DNA of 64,000 nucleotides from Vicugna vicugna (taxonomy: Eukaryota). The stretch lies in NCBI GenBank assembly GCA_013265495.1, contig MU058213.1, forward strand, positions 1,612,001 to 1,676,000. Direction: 5' to 3'. Below are positions 24,960-37,400 of this stretch, one piece after another. Under the pieces are notes generated by a model. That model was not told where the DNA came from and made no database searches. It saw nothing but the letters and a program-made list of their open reading frames with translations. A program made the position numbers and the translations under genes. Numbering within the stretch: the first letter of the stretch is position 1; every line of letters starts with the position of its first letter.

Positions 24960-25150
24960 AGAATTGAGAGCAAATCTTTGATTAGTCACAGTGTGACTGA
25001 AAACAACTTACTGAACATCTCTGAACTTTTTTTAAAATATGCAAAATGAAGGTCAAAGTCACCTACATTACAGGATTGTCATGAAGATTAAAGGAGGTAG
25101 TGTAAAGCAAAGGCCTTTTCTGAGTTCTGAGTAATATAAACATTTTCCTA
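24960..25150 (+). mobile_element. MIR SINE (degenerate)
   Basis: acttactgaacatctctgaac...cacctacattacaggattgtcatgaagattaaagg. Confidence 0.55.
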
Positions 25151-25189
25151 CATTTCATGCTAATTACCATTTTGGACATTATTGGACAG

Positions 25190-25315
25190 GTATTGTTTCC
25201 CCTATTTTATAAATGAAGAACTGAGTCTGGAGGCACTAAATAATTTGCTCAGAATCAATGACTAGTAAAGAACATAGTTAGGACGTGGAATTCATTTTTC
25301 TGAAACCAAACCCCT
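25190..25315 (-). mobile_element. MIR SINE fragment
   Basis: ccctattttataaatgaagaactgagtctggaggcactaaataatttgctcag. Confidence 0.65.
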
Positions 25316-26128
25316 GTCCTCTTTTCATTTTTAAAGCATTGGAACCCTTTTTCCATATTAAATTGTCACTCAAATACAGCATTCAAAACTTATCAAGAAG
25401 AAGCTGTTTCCCTACCTCTTTCCAACACTGTCTTTAGCCCCCAGGGCTCTGAGGATGACAGCCTGCAAACCTTTGCCTTCTGCAGAGAGACTTTCCAAGA
25501 AGCTGAGTACTCTACTCCACTCTGCCCCTGAGGTCATATATCAATCATATCTGGCAGGAGGTTGGACCAGGAGACCCCAAGGGCCTCTAATTCTGGTTCC
25601 CATCACTTCAGAGCTCGAGACAACACACACAAGTCTCACTGGGGTCATGGAAATGCATGGCTGAGATCTCAGCCTATGCGGCTGATGCTGTCTATGGCTC
25701 TGGAAGGCCTCCGATGGTACTTTGCATTGGTACCACTTTTATGCCTCTTGACTTTCTGGCTGTTTCTAGGACATATGGGGAACCTGGAGAATTATTGCCT
25801 GGTAAGCAATAAGAAAAGAAACCAGGTTCAGAAATAGCTTAGTGCTTCCAAGGATGGTGGAAAAAAATATCCCAGCCAGGCAAATAGCTCAAGGTCAGGA
25901 TGTGGGCGTCTAGTATTTCTTGCTGCAGGGTTGGAGGCCTGTAGAATCAGGAAGGTTTTGCATGCTCAGTGGTGGCTTTAGTGATGGCAATAGTGTGAAA
26001 GCTCGGATTTTGACTGTAGGTTTATAAAAAGCAGATTTCTTGGCTTCTGAAACTATATTTGCTTATGAAAACTAATTAGACACAGGCAAAGCATTTTCTA
26101 ACATCAGCAAACTTCTGCCAAAACACAA

Positions 26129-27034
26129 TGTGGAGAGAGTTTTGGCAAGAGCCTGATATATGCCCCCTGAAGTTTACTGGTTTTCACCTAGAATCCGGTG
26201 CAGAGCATTGGAAAGGTGAGGGGCCTGCTCGAGGAGTTCACATCAACAAGTCATAAAGGGCCTGTGTTTTAGGGGCTTGTTAAGAAGAGGGGGGCAACCG
26301 CTGCCTCATTAGGTTCTTTGTAGCCCTTGGTGGGGACATAAGACAAACATAAGTGGTTTCTAAGGCTCCACATGCAGAAGGATGGAGTTGGAAGCAGGAG
26401 TCATAAGGTTGCCCAGTTGGGCTTCCAGCCAAGTGAGGGGACACCTAACCAGGGGGTATAATTGTAATATGGGGATCCATAGGAACTGCTGTTCCTCCAG
26501 AGGTCCTCAGGAGAGAGAGTGCCCCAGAAAAGCCAGACCCTGCCTGTAGACAACCATGTGCACCTCCTAAATGGAGACCAGCATAAAGCAGAGGCTCTAG
26601 TCTCAGATGGAAACAGGCTTAAGCAGGATTGGGACTAGGGTGAGGCCAGGGAGGTGCCTGGGATACAAGTTTAAGAAAGCCCTTCCTCTCAGGGTTGGGC
26701 AAGTGCAGGGTTGGAGCCTCCCTTACCTCACCTATTCCTGACCCTGTGAGCCAGAGCAGACCAAAGGTTTCTGTCTCTCCAGTCTCTTCTGGTCTAACCC
26801 AGGGCTGGAGCCTCAAGGAGGGAGAATGGGCCTTGAAAACAAATGCACTTCCCTCCTCCTGGAGTCACGGTTCTAGCCTATACCGACTAGAGCTTTAAAT
26901 TGGATATGAGGGCAAAGGTTTAAATGGTTTTGGATTATATTTAAATAACTAAAAGGGTCTGAATAATTGTGGAATTCAACTAAGGTGTCATCAAAGTAGC
27001 CACTATCAAATAAAGAATGGGGGCATTGATATCA
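26129..27034 (+). mobile_element. Solo-LTR-like element, family unassigned (possibly ancient Gypsy/ERVL-class LTR)
   Basis: TG at 26129, CA at 27033-27034, identical flanks CACAA (26124-26128 and 27035-27039), AATAAA at 27009-27014, GC/purine-richer than surroundings. Confidence 0.5.
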
Positions 27035-27194
27035 CACAACTGAAATGCTGACATTAAAAAAAGAGAGAAAGTTTATATAACAAGTTATTGAGACTCTTCA
27101 AGTAAGTGCTTACATAAGCCAGTCTGAACAGGAAGGAAAGGGAAAGAGGTTGGGGAGGGAGACGGGAAATTATTCACTCTTTAGAGTTAGTGGT

Positions 27195-27423
27195 CCTGTG
27201 GAGGGATTGGATGGCCAACAGGCCTAGGTTTCAGTCCTGGCTCCATCACCTACAGCTGTGGGATTTGGGCAAAGCACTCAAGTCTTCGTTTCATGACCTG
27301 TGAACAGGAATAAGAATACCAACTCTTACTCCATAGTACTGTCATGATGATAAAGTGACATGATAAATAAAGCACCTGGAATTATGCTTAGCACCTGGAA
27401 GAGTCAATAAATGTTAGCTATTT
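27195..27423 (+). mobile_element. MIR SINE, near full length
   Basis: caggcctaggtttcagtcctggctccatcacctacagctgtgggatttgggcaaag...gcttagcacctggaagagtcaataaatgttagctatt. Confidence 0.82.
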
Positions 27424-30400
27424 CCCTTGGTCAGGCTCTGTTTCACTGACAGATGAAACTTTCACGGATACACGTATGAGAGCTTGTGTGTGTTGGGGGT
27501 ATGTGAACTGGAGAGCAAACTGACTGAGCAGTAATTTTGGAAAATTCAGAACTGAGTGAAAAGGGACTCTAAAGACAGAAACAATATCAACATGCTGCCA
27601 GTCTGTGTAGAAATATAATCTAAGTTTATAAAGTCAAGAATTTGAACTGTGTGTTAGGTGTGAGTGTCACTGAAACTATGGCAGTCTTGGGAAAACTTAC
27701 AGTGGTTATGTTGGGCACATAAAAGAACATGTTACTCTCTTTGGTGGTGGTAAATCTGTGGACCTAAATAAAGGTAGTGCATAGACAAAACAAATAAGTA
27801 ATTTTTAAAATGACTGGACATAACTATGGAGGTTAGAAATGGAGCTAATTCTTATGGAAATTTCTGATACATAGAGTAGGAATCATACCTTTCTTTTGTA
27901 AGCTGATATTGTGAAAATCAACCTTATTTTCTTATCAAGTTGCTGTCAAGGAGACTGTCAGGGACAAATTCCTGGTCCTAGTGTCCTATAGGAATGGCTC
28001 CTTGTGTTATTTTTGAAATGTTCACATGTCTAATAAAATTCTAGGTTTTCTTTGTGCTTTTCCAGATTTTTCGAAAAGAAAATCTCCTGCATTTAAACAA
28101 TTGTGTTTGCTCTTTGTATGTAAAGGAAAAAAATTAAAATAAACTAGCCAGAGGCACTGTAATAATACTGAGAATATTAAAAGAAGTAATGACCACACAT
28201 ACAGAGGTGACATGTATAAAATGAATCACATTTTAACTTGATGTCATGTTATGAAACAAATCATTTTGTTTACATTGATAGAGAAGTTAAGTTCTTTATC
28301 TTAAAGTTTAGATTTTGAATTATCCCATGTTTTCCTCTTCCAACATTTTTTTGAGGAGAGAGGATAGTTACAATATTAGACCTTCTTGGAAATCTGACAC
28401 TTTTCTCATTATCATAATAATGATATTTATACTGTGGTATCAATAGATGTTTTTTCCAGGGGAGATTTTATTTTAAAGTTCTTTGTTCATCCATTTAAAT
28501 AAAACCCAGCCATAAATAATTCTTTGAAACTGGGCATGGGAGGTTTGAATTTTAGTCCTTTGGGAAAAAAAAGTTTTGAAATTCTTTACAGTCATATTGG
28601 AATACTAAAATGAGAGTTCATTAAAATGTATTTGAAGAAAAATTGATATTAACATTACATAAGATTTGTTGGTTATTTTTTAAAGTAAGGAAATATAAGA
28701 CAGATACATTGCCTCAGATTTAGCTGGAAAGTGGATCATACCTGTTTTATCCAATATATAATTCCCATATTTCATTGAAATTAATAACTTTATGGTTTAA
28801 TCTATCCAGTGTTTCCTAAATTGCCAACAGTTTAGCTATATTATAACGAGAGAAACTGTACGTGTTTTACGTAGGTATGTGTGTGCAGTGAATTAACACC
28901 AAACTCAAAATTGAATGAGTGAAACAGAGGATCTAATGAATGCATGAGTAATATTGAAAGCACTGTCTATACCATTTCTTTCCTCAGATATGATTGGCAG
29001 TGGGACCTCTTGGCTTAGTACACAAACAGAGGAGATGAGGAAGAGAAGTGATGGCATTTTACACAGTTTATCTTTCATTATTGTATTTAATTTTTAAAAG
29101 GACATCAGAATCCATTGGGAATTCTATCACAGCCTGAAATTCTGCTACCAGTTTCTCATTTTTTCAAGTTGATATAGTGCTAAAATGTAATATGCCGTAA
29201 AATAAAATAATGTTGAAAACTTATAAGGACAAAAATTCCTTGATAAATGGAAGAGACACATCTCTGAAAGAGAATGTCTGTGTGTTTAGCTCTTTAAAAA
29301 TACCATTATTTTAGTAACTAGATGTAATTCTCTGTTATACAATTTCTGAGATCATGGATGGAGGGCATCTCCTAGGATTAGTAGGTTTATGCACAGGGGA
29401 GAGGTCATGGTTGCTGGGGTAAGGGAAGAAAACTGGTATAGATAGGAATTGGGCAGGTGAGAAAAGACTCTTCTAATATGTGCGTCAGTTTAATAGTTTG
29501 GATCCAACACGGTCTTCCACATTCCTCCTACTCAGCAAACATCTTCCTCCAATTCATATATCAATTCACGCTTTGTGGCTCCAATGTTGTGTACTCCCAA
29601 GAAAAAGTAACATGGAAAGAAATATTTGGAAACATTTATTCATCTACACAGCTCAGTCCAGTTAAGAGGGGAAAACATCTCATGCACCAAGTGGATGTTT
29701 TTCCAACTGTCAGTGAAAACTTAATTCCAGAGCAAACCAAAGCACTAAAGGGTTTTTAACATGGATATCTGTCTTTTTTACCCACTTAGAACTTTCTCCC
29801 TAACAGACCCTTATGAGTTTCTTTAAATTTTTGTATGCTTGAGCTGAAGATTTTCCTTCATTCTAATTCAAACTCTTAATTCCCTCTTTTTCTTATCAAT
29901 CCCAACGCTAACTACTAGTTGTCAAAAAGCTGATGGGCATAAACATATAGGCTAATGCTAGTGTTTGAACATCATACTTGTAAATGAGAACAGGCCTTCT
30001 TGGATGCCATGTCTTAAAATAGTCACTGACATCTTGTCTGTGGCTTTTGTTCTTCTAGGTTCTGATCTGATAAAAGTTACCAGGAAATAAATTATTAAAA
30101 CATCTGGCTAGATCAACTAGAAAGTATATAGAAGAACTATAGAAGACAACACTCAAGACTCTATGGCATTCAAGTCATATTACAACTTTCTTGTTATGTT
30201 CTGGGCTGTTACAATCAATGAATGAAGGCAGGCAGGTTAGCAGGCTTAGCTGCTCGTGACATAATAATCAGAGGCATTGTAGAAACTCTACTGGCATACA
30301 GAAGGCCTGTTTTCCACATCTCACATTTCTTTGGTATAAATGTCTCCTATTTTGCAGACTGTAGTTTTCTCTTTCCAGTAAACCTTTTGGCCAGAATTCC

Positions 30401-31459
30401 TTCAATAGAGCTTTCAAGCTGAATGTACTTCAGGGGAAGACTTCTTCCTAACAGGGTAATTTAAATCCTATTTGACTACTGGGCTCTAAACTTTTTTGAG
30501 ATGCTCATAGCAATGGATTCTTCATAAACCAAAAACCCTTGGTATGTTTTATCTGCTTAAGGAAAAAAATCGTCTTCTGCTCATTCTTAACAGCAGGCAT
30601 ATTAATTTGCTGGACATTCTATCAAGACCTCATGCTAACTCTCCTTTCAATACATTAAAAGTACTATTTGTTTCCTTTTATCTTGTGGAAAAGCTATGTA
30701 AAATTGTCCCTTTTGTGACTTTACTTACATTGGGAACGGACTGGAGACTAAGCTGTATAAATGTTAAGAGATACTCAGCTAACAATGATTATACAGACTT
30801 GTACTTGAAACCTCTATCAGAATCATTGCCAGTAGCAATGACCTTTTGAAAGGCTATTCATAATCTGAAGTATTGTAAAGCACAGTTGCATTTTAGCTGC
30901 TATTCTTTAAATTTATATTTAATGATTTTTAATTCTCACTTTAATAAATAGAATTTACAATTCACATTAGCATAGTATAGGCTCTTAAAAGTCCTGCAGT
31001 AAGAAACCTATTAAATTCTGTTTGTCCTAGTGCTTCCCATTGTTACTGACTATGGAAGACTTTCAGTTTATTTGACTCATGTTTATATTTATATTCTAGG
31101 GAGGTGGATGTTTCACAAAACCCAATGAGGAAAATACCAGTGTAACATGATTATTAATTTTTAAAAAGTAAATATTTCTGATGCCTTTCATCTGAATGGC
31201 ATGATACCACTTTTAGCTGAAGTTGACATCTTAATGAACAGTATAGGATAACTGCCCTGCAAATCCTCTAAGGAATCTTCTAATTTTTTTAAATTTGCTT
31301 CCTCTAAAAAACACAAAAGAAAGTATTTTTAGATAGGACATATTTCTAAGGATTCTGATTTATTTTTGATAGATTGGATACTTAACACCATTGCCGTATA
31401 TTTATTTTGAAAATGCACAGATAATTACGAGCTAAGCAAATCTAATCATTCTATAAATA

Positions 31460-31610
31460 TTAGTTACTTAATCCTCATAACAACACTATGATGTAGCTAG
31501 TATCCCATTTTAGAGATGAGGAATCAAAATATAGAGAGGTTAAGTAATTCACTTAAGTAAACACAGTAGATGATAAAGCCAGCTACTGATCCGTGCAGTT
31601 GAAGAACAGT
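31460..31610 (-). mobile_element. MIR SINE
   Basis: ttaatcctcataacaacactatgatgtag...tatcccattttagagatgaggaatcaaaatatagagaggttaagtaattcac. Confidence 0.82.
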
Positions 31611-31924
31611 CAGTGTTTCTCCCCAGGAAGCCAGTGCTGGTGCTGGTGCTCTTGGTCTTTCCCCAGATTAATAAAGTTTTCACACAGCTTTTTCTCTTTC
31701 CCACACCCACAATAATCTGGGTCTCTGAGATTGTGAGGAGCAAGTCATTTGTCTTAAGGCACAAGAGGAAGGAAGTCGGTGAGTCACCTCAGCGCAGGCC
31801 TCACATCACTCACCTTGATAGTGCTGAATCCTAATATGATGATGGTGACTTTACCAATCTTTTCTTTCTTATCCCATTTTTTCCCCTGGAGCTTAAATAG
31901 GAATCATGTTCAGCCTCTTGATAT

Positions 31925-32135
31925 TCAGTTAGCCGGAGAGTAAGGGAGGCCAAGTGTTTGGAAATAAGACTTAATGAGCCAAGTTCTGTTTCTTAATCTG
32001 CCACTAGGAAGTGGATGGCCTAAGACAAGCCACTTTTTCTCTCTGAGCCTCAGTTCCCTCATCTTTTTTTTTTTCCCCTTAATCTTTAAAATAAGAGAAT
32101 TGAGCTAAGGGACTTTCAAGACCCTGTCCAACCCT
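31925..32135 (+). mobile_element. MIR/MIR3 SINE
   Basis: ctgccactaggaagtggatggcctaagacaagccactttttctctctgagcctcagttccctcatct. Confidence 0.7.
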
Positions 32136-34254
32136 ATAGTTATATACATGGCATTTATTTTAAATTTTCTTTTTCATTAAAGACGGCAAGAACTAGAAGA
32201 CTGGAGTCACTGAGTCATGCATCTTTTCCTATGTGTTTACACTTACATTCTTTGGAGTGGATTCAGGAATTCCACGATTAAGGAAATGCCTGACTGGGGA
32301 AACTAATGGATGACTCTGAAGGCTCTTACTCCCTGATTTCCTACAAATAAGTTTCTCCACAACTTTGTATCTATTCAAGATTAATACCAATGTAGGATCA
32401 TGCAAGATAAATACTAGTCTAGGATCTCCTGGATGTTGTGAGCCCATGAATGAAGGGCTGTTTTATTCATCATTATATTGCCTATTAATAGTACTTAGTG
32501 TAGAGTGCTACACATAGTAGGGACATGCCAATAATAGTCAAGTTAATTTGAAATCAACTTGGGAGATTTGCATGATTAAGCATTTAGTCAATTGGCAATA
32601 TTTATTGGAAATCCAACAGTGAGAGGTGATGTGAAAGAGATGTCTACTGTTGACATGTGTAGAGTTTTGTGGTCAATTTAGTGAAGAGGGTTTTGATGTC
32701 CAGTGCAGTATCTCCTAAACATGTGATTTGTTTTCATCTTCTTATAAAAAATCCACTAAAAAAGGAATGAAGATCTTAGTAAGATTGTCAAGCTAAAGGG
32801 AAGACTATATTTATATCCAAATATGAGATTAGACTGTCAGGGTGGAGTATCTAAATGTGTCCATGTGATAGAGTACTCAAGACTTATGTTTCAGTGTGTG
32901 ACAAGAGTGACAGGATCGAGTCCCAGCATATTCCTACCCTTCAAGACAAACAACTCCATATGGTATACTTCCTCCACAATCAGAGATTAATGAGATGGAG
33001 AGGAATATGACCTCTTAGTAGGCTTTCACAGTAACTGATGAAAAAAAAATGTAACACCATCCATAGAGACATAAAACCGTAGCATCTTGGGTATATTGCA
33101 ACAGAAAATTTAGCTTAGTCAAAACTTCTGTAAATAAAAAATGAGATTAGATAATTTAAAAAATGTGGTGCAAGTATCTCATTCAAATGAAAAGGAATTT
33201 ATAGGATTACTGTAAATCTGTATTTTCTTGGTGAAAATTAGAGTTTATTAGTGTAATTCATCAAATTAGGAAGCAAAGTTGATTAGGGTTATTTGATTGA
33301 GACTGCATTGATTAAGGACTAGAAAAAGCTATAAATCTAATCAAGAAAAACATCCCTCCACATGGGAAAAGGACTAGGTTGATACTTCGAAGACAGTTGC
33401 TTTTTATATCAGCTCTTATTTAATGTCCAGAATTATGAAGATTTACCAGTCTTTGACTTAGCATAGCCCTTGGGAAATCTATCTTAACAGAGTCTGAAGA
33501 AAAGTGCTAGTAATTTCCTAGGAAAATGAAAATAGCAAGATCTTCCTCCTTTTAGGTAAAGTGAAAGTAGAACAATAATCTTGGGCACTCGCTGCAGTTA
33601 GATATTTAATCTGAACAATTCAGGCAAGAATCATCCCATTGTGATCTCAGTACTGCTATGGCTCTTCCTGCTTTCAGAACCTCCCCATGTGCACATGGCT
33701 TGGGTAAGTATTTAAACTTTTTTTTCATTTCTGTATGAGCAGATACAGCCTTTATGGATGAAGGCCGATGAAGCATTTGTTTTTAGAAAATAAAATGCTG
33801 CCCTTTCACTCAAAACATTTTCCCCTGGAGAGCCTCTACAGATCAAACATATTCTTTTTCACAATTGAACCAATCCTTGCAAAAGCTGTGACCACAGTTT
33901 TTGATTTATTTTGGCCTGTGATGAAAGGCAAGCATTTTCGAAACGATTCCACCAATGGCTCTCACTAGGGAGAGCACTCTGGGTGGAAATGCGGAAAACA
34001 TTTTGAAGGATGGAAAGGTGCAAATATGTTCTTTGTTAAAATGCATTTCCTGTTAAGAGTCTACCATTTGAAAATATTTGCCTGTGTCTTGCAGGATTTA
34101 AAAATATTTACAGCCGTTATGTGCCTAGCCATACTGTAATAGTTACTTTCCAGGGAGCTTCGAAATCTACTTAGAGTTATATCTTCTAATTCAGACTGGA
34201 AGTTATTCTCATCAATGCAGAGACTTCGTCCTGACCAACACTCACATAGCTACC

Positions 34255-34912
34255 ACATGCTGTCAGCAGTTCAGTATGAATACATCCTATGCATGACCAC
34301 TTCTGCTCCTACCTTGCCCAAGATAATACTATCTTGGCATGAACAACTTCAAAGGGTCTTCCAACTTTCACAGTAACTCTCCTTTAAAGTGTAACTTTCC
34401 CATGGCAGCCAGCTTTTAAATTTAAATAATTTCTCATGATCCTTTAATGGCTTCCCGTTGCACTTGGAATAAAATTCAAAGTCCTTACAAATCCTGCATG
34501 ATTTTTCCTCTGCCTCTCAGACCTCGTTTCTACTCTCTCAATTAACTCTGTTCTTTCTGTTTCTCAAAACATACCAAGCAAGTTTCTGCCTCAAGAGCTT
34601 TGCTGCAGCCCTAGTCCATTAAAAATGTGCCTGGCTTTTGCCCTCACCTCATTAGGTCTCTACTCAATGATAGCTCCTCAGAGAAGCATTTCTCTGTACT
34701 CCTGATATTCCTTAGCCTCTCATTCTGCCTTATTTTTTTCTTTAAAGTACATACCACTACTTGACATATAATGTATTCATTTGTTTTATTATTTATCTTC
34801 TGAACTAGAATAATAGCCCCTTGAGGGCAGGGACTTTCTGTTTTGTTCATTACCATATTCACTTCACATAGTAGGCTTTGAAAAAATGTTCTCAGTAAGT
34901 GAATTAATGAAT
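34255..34912 (+). mobile_element. L2 LINE 3' portion
   Basis: cctttaatggcttcccgttgcacttggaataaaattcaaagtcctta...tgcctcaagagctttgct...ttgagggcagggactttctgttttgttcatt...cacatagtaggc...gtgaattaatgaat. Confidence 0.85.
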
Positions 34913-34943
34913 CTAACTCTATAACTTCCTCACAGCCTTCCTC

Positions 34944-35385
34944 AGTGTTAGTTTGCTAGTGGTACCATAACAAAGTGTCACAAACTGGGTGACTTAAACA
35001 AGGGAAATGTATCATCTCACAATTGTGAAGACTAGAAGTCCAAGATCATGGTATCAGCAAATTGGTTCCTTCTGTTGGCTATGAGGAACAGTATGTTCCA
35101 GGTCACTTCCCTAGCTTCTAGTGGTTTATTGGCTATCTTTGGCATTTCTTGGCTTGTAGAAACATCACCCTGATCTCTCCCTTTACCTTCACATTACATT
35201 CTCCTTGTGTGCATGTCCAAATCTCTCCTTTTTATAAGGACACCATTATATTAGATTAGCGCCCACCCTCCTTCAGTATGACCTCATCTTAACCTTACTA
35301 TTTCCAAATAAGGCCACGTTTTGAGGTACTGGGGATTGGGACTTTAGCATATGAATGTGGGGACCCTACAATTCAACCCCTAACA
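34944..35385 (-). mobile_element. MaLR solo LTR, MLT1C-type
   Basis: gttagtttgctagtggtaccataacaaagtgtcacaaactgggtgacttaaaca...ctagaagtccaagatcatggtatcagca...ctatttccaaataaggccac...caattcaacccctaaca. Confidence 0.85.
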
Positions 35386-35394
35386 ATGCCCCTC

Positions 35395-36095
35395 CCTAGT
35401 ATTGTGGTCTGGCCTGGGAATCTATCTGATAATTAACCCTTGCTTTGCAAATAAACTTTGAAGACAAAACTTGTAGGTGAGTTAAGGATTGTGCTTGTAC
35501 TTTAATTTCTTTAGCACCTCAGTTATTGGAGAAGAAAATTTGTTTCTCTTCTGACGACAGTTGTTTACCGTCCATGGGGTTTGGGCCTTTCTCCCAGTGG
35601 ATTATGGCTGTACTCATATGAGAAAAGGTTCTGGGTAGGGTGATAGAACTTGTGCATTCTTGCAGTGTCAGCTTATCCCTTCCTCACACCCACACCCTGA
35701 GGGTACACTCTGGTTTCTTGCACAGCCCCCATTCTTGTGAGCACTCAATGGAGGGGAAAAGAGCCTTTGAGTAAACAGAAATCTCCTTGTGTTCTGGGGC
35801 TTACAGAAGTTCAATACTGTTACACTAGCTCACATTCTGCCTTTAACATTTGCTAAAATTTTAGCTGACTTCTTACTTGCTTGTATGATGGCTTGAACAC
35901 CTTCCCATGCTGAGACAGTCTGCATGTCCCATCTCTTCTTGGAGTTATCTATTTCTGAGTTGTGCCATGACATCAGATCTCTCAGAGATTCAAAAAAAAG
36001 TTATGATGTTATGGTGAATGTGGCATTTCTTTGTTGTTAGAGTTGTTAGCAGCACCCCTTCTAGCTTTCTATACTGGAAGCAGGAAACAGAACTC
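35395..36095 (-). mobile_element. Old L1M 5'-region fragment
   Basis: aaaaaagttatgatgtt...gcatttctttgttgttagag...ctagctttctatactggaagcaggaaacagaactc resembles the reversed 5' end of L1MC/L1MD elements. Confidence 0.5.
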
Positions 36096-36229
36096 CTCCA
36101 TTTTACAGAAGCACAGCACAATCGTGGAACTCAGTCAACGTTACCATTAGTAAGGGACAAAACTAAAACTGTGTCTTCTGTTTCCAAGTAAGGACTCCTG
36201 CAATTATTCCAACGTGCCCGGGCCTTTTC

Positions 36230-37400
36230 CTTCCCTTCTCTCTGAGATCTTTTGTTTTGATTCATGTCCCATCTTTCAAAATCAAATTTCCTCCAAGGTC
36301 ATGCCATTGGCCTTCTGTTTCTTGGCTTTTTCTCCCTGGGTTAGTTTAGTCATTCTTAAGACCTCCGCTATCATCTCCACATTGATTGCTTAAAACATCT
36401 ATTTTAATTTTTATTTCTAATCTCAATACTGACTTTTTAATCTGCCAGTTAAATTGCTCTGGATGGATTTAACTCCATCCTCTCAAATTTAACAAGTGCT
36501 GAACCACATACTTAACCTAATTTCCCTGCCCTTTTCCCTGCTCCTCCCCATTTTGCAATCAGTGCACTTTGCTGAACCCCATTTTCCCCATTTTCCCAGT
36601 GGCAAACTTCTCCTTGTTCTCTGGTATCACAGTTTAGGATTCATCTTCTATAATTGTTGGTTTATCTATATCTGCCAACCTTCAAAATAAAAAAATCACA
36701 TTTTTCCTCTGATCTGCCTTTCTTATCCTTTCTCTCCATTTTGTGATTTAGGTCATGTCTTTGTTTGGGCTGCCATAAAAATATCATAGACTGAGTGGCT
36801 TCTAAACAAGAAAAATTTATTTCTCACAGTTCTGGAGGCTGAGAAATCCAAGATCAAAGTCCCAGCAGATTTGGTGTTTGATGAGGGCTTGCTTTCTAGC
36901 TCACAGATGGCTGTCTTCTTGCTGTGTCTTCACATGGTAGAAGGGTGAAGGAGCTCTGCAGGGTTGCTTTTATAAGGGCACTAATCCCATTCATGAGGAC
37001 ACTACCCTCATCACCTAACTACTTCCCCAAACCCCCATCTCCTAATATCATCACATTGGGAATCAAGCTTCAACTAATGAACTTTGGGTGGAGGGACACA
37101 AACATTCAGTCTACAACAGGCCCTTTTTGCCTTATTGTGGATTATTGCCATAATTAGCATCCTAAACATGTTCTTGGCCTCTATTCTCTTTTCCATCCAA
37201 CTCCTATTCCTTTATCCTTCCTTCCTTCCGCCCAGTTGCCAAGCATGCACAATAGACAAATCTTCTTGAATTATAGCTGTTATCTCATCACTTCTCAGCT
37301 TAAGAATCTACAATAACTCAATGTCACTTTGTGGATAAAATCCAAATAGCTCTTATTTTAGAATTCAGGGCATTCTATCAACTCAATGTCACTTCTGTCA
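36230..37400 (+). mobile_element. L2 LINE fragment interrupted by an MLT1A LTR
   Basis: catcctctcaaatttaacaagtgctgaacc on the left; ggccct...tggattattgccataattagcatcctaa...ggataaaatccaaa continues the L2 on the right. Confidence 0.65.
36756..37118 (-). mobile_element. MaLR solo LTR, MLT1A-type
   Basis: tgtctttgtttgggctgccataaaaatatcatagactgagtggcttctaaacaagaaaaatttatttctcacagttctggaggctgagaaatccaagatcaa...gggacacaaacattcagtctacaaca; TGT...ACA termini. Confidence 0.9.

Noticed and set aside
24338..24973. Longest ORF (211 aa, minus strand)
   Set aside because: Non-ATG start, runs through a MIR and an A-rich tract, and has no recognisable domain
24960..25315. Adjacent oppositely oriented MIRs as a dsRNA/editing substrate
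   Set aside because: Both are too diverged for extended pairing to be visible
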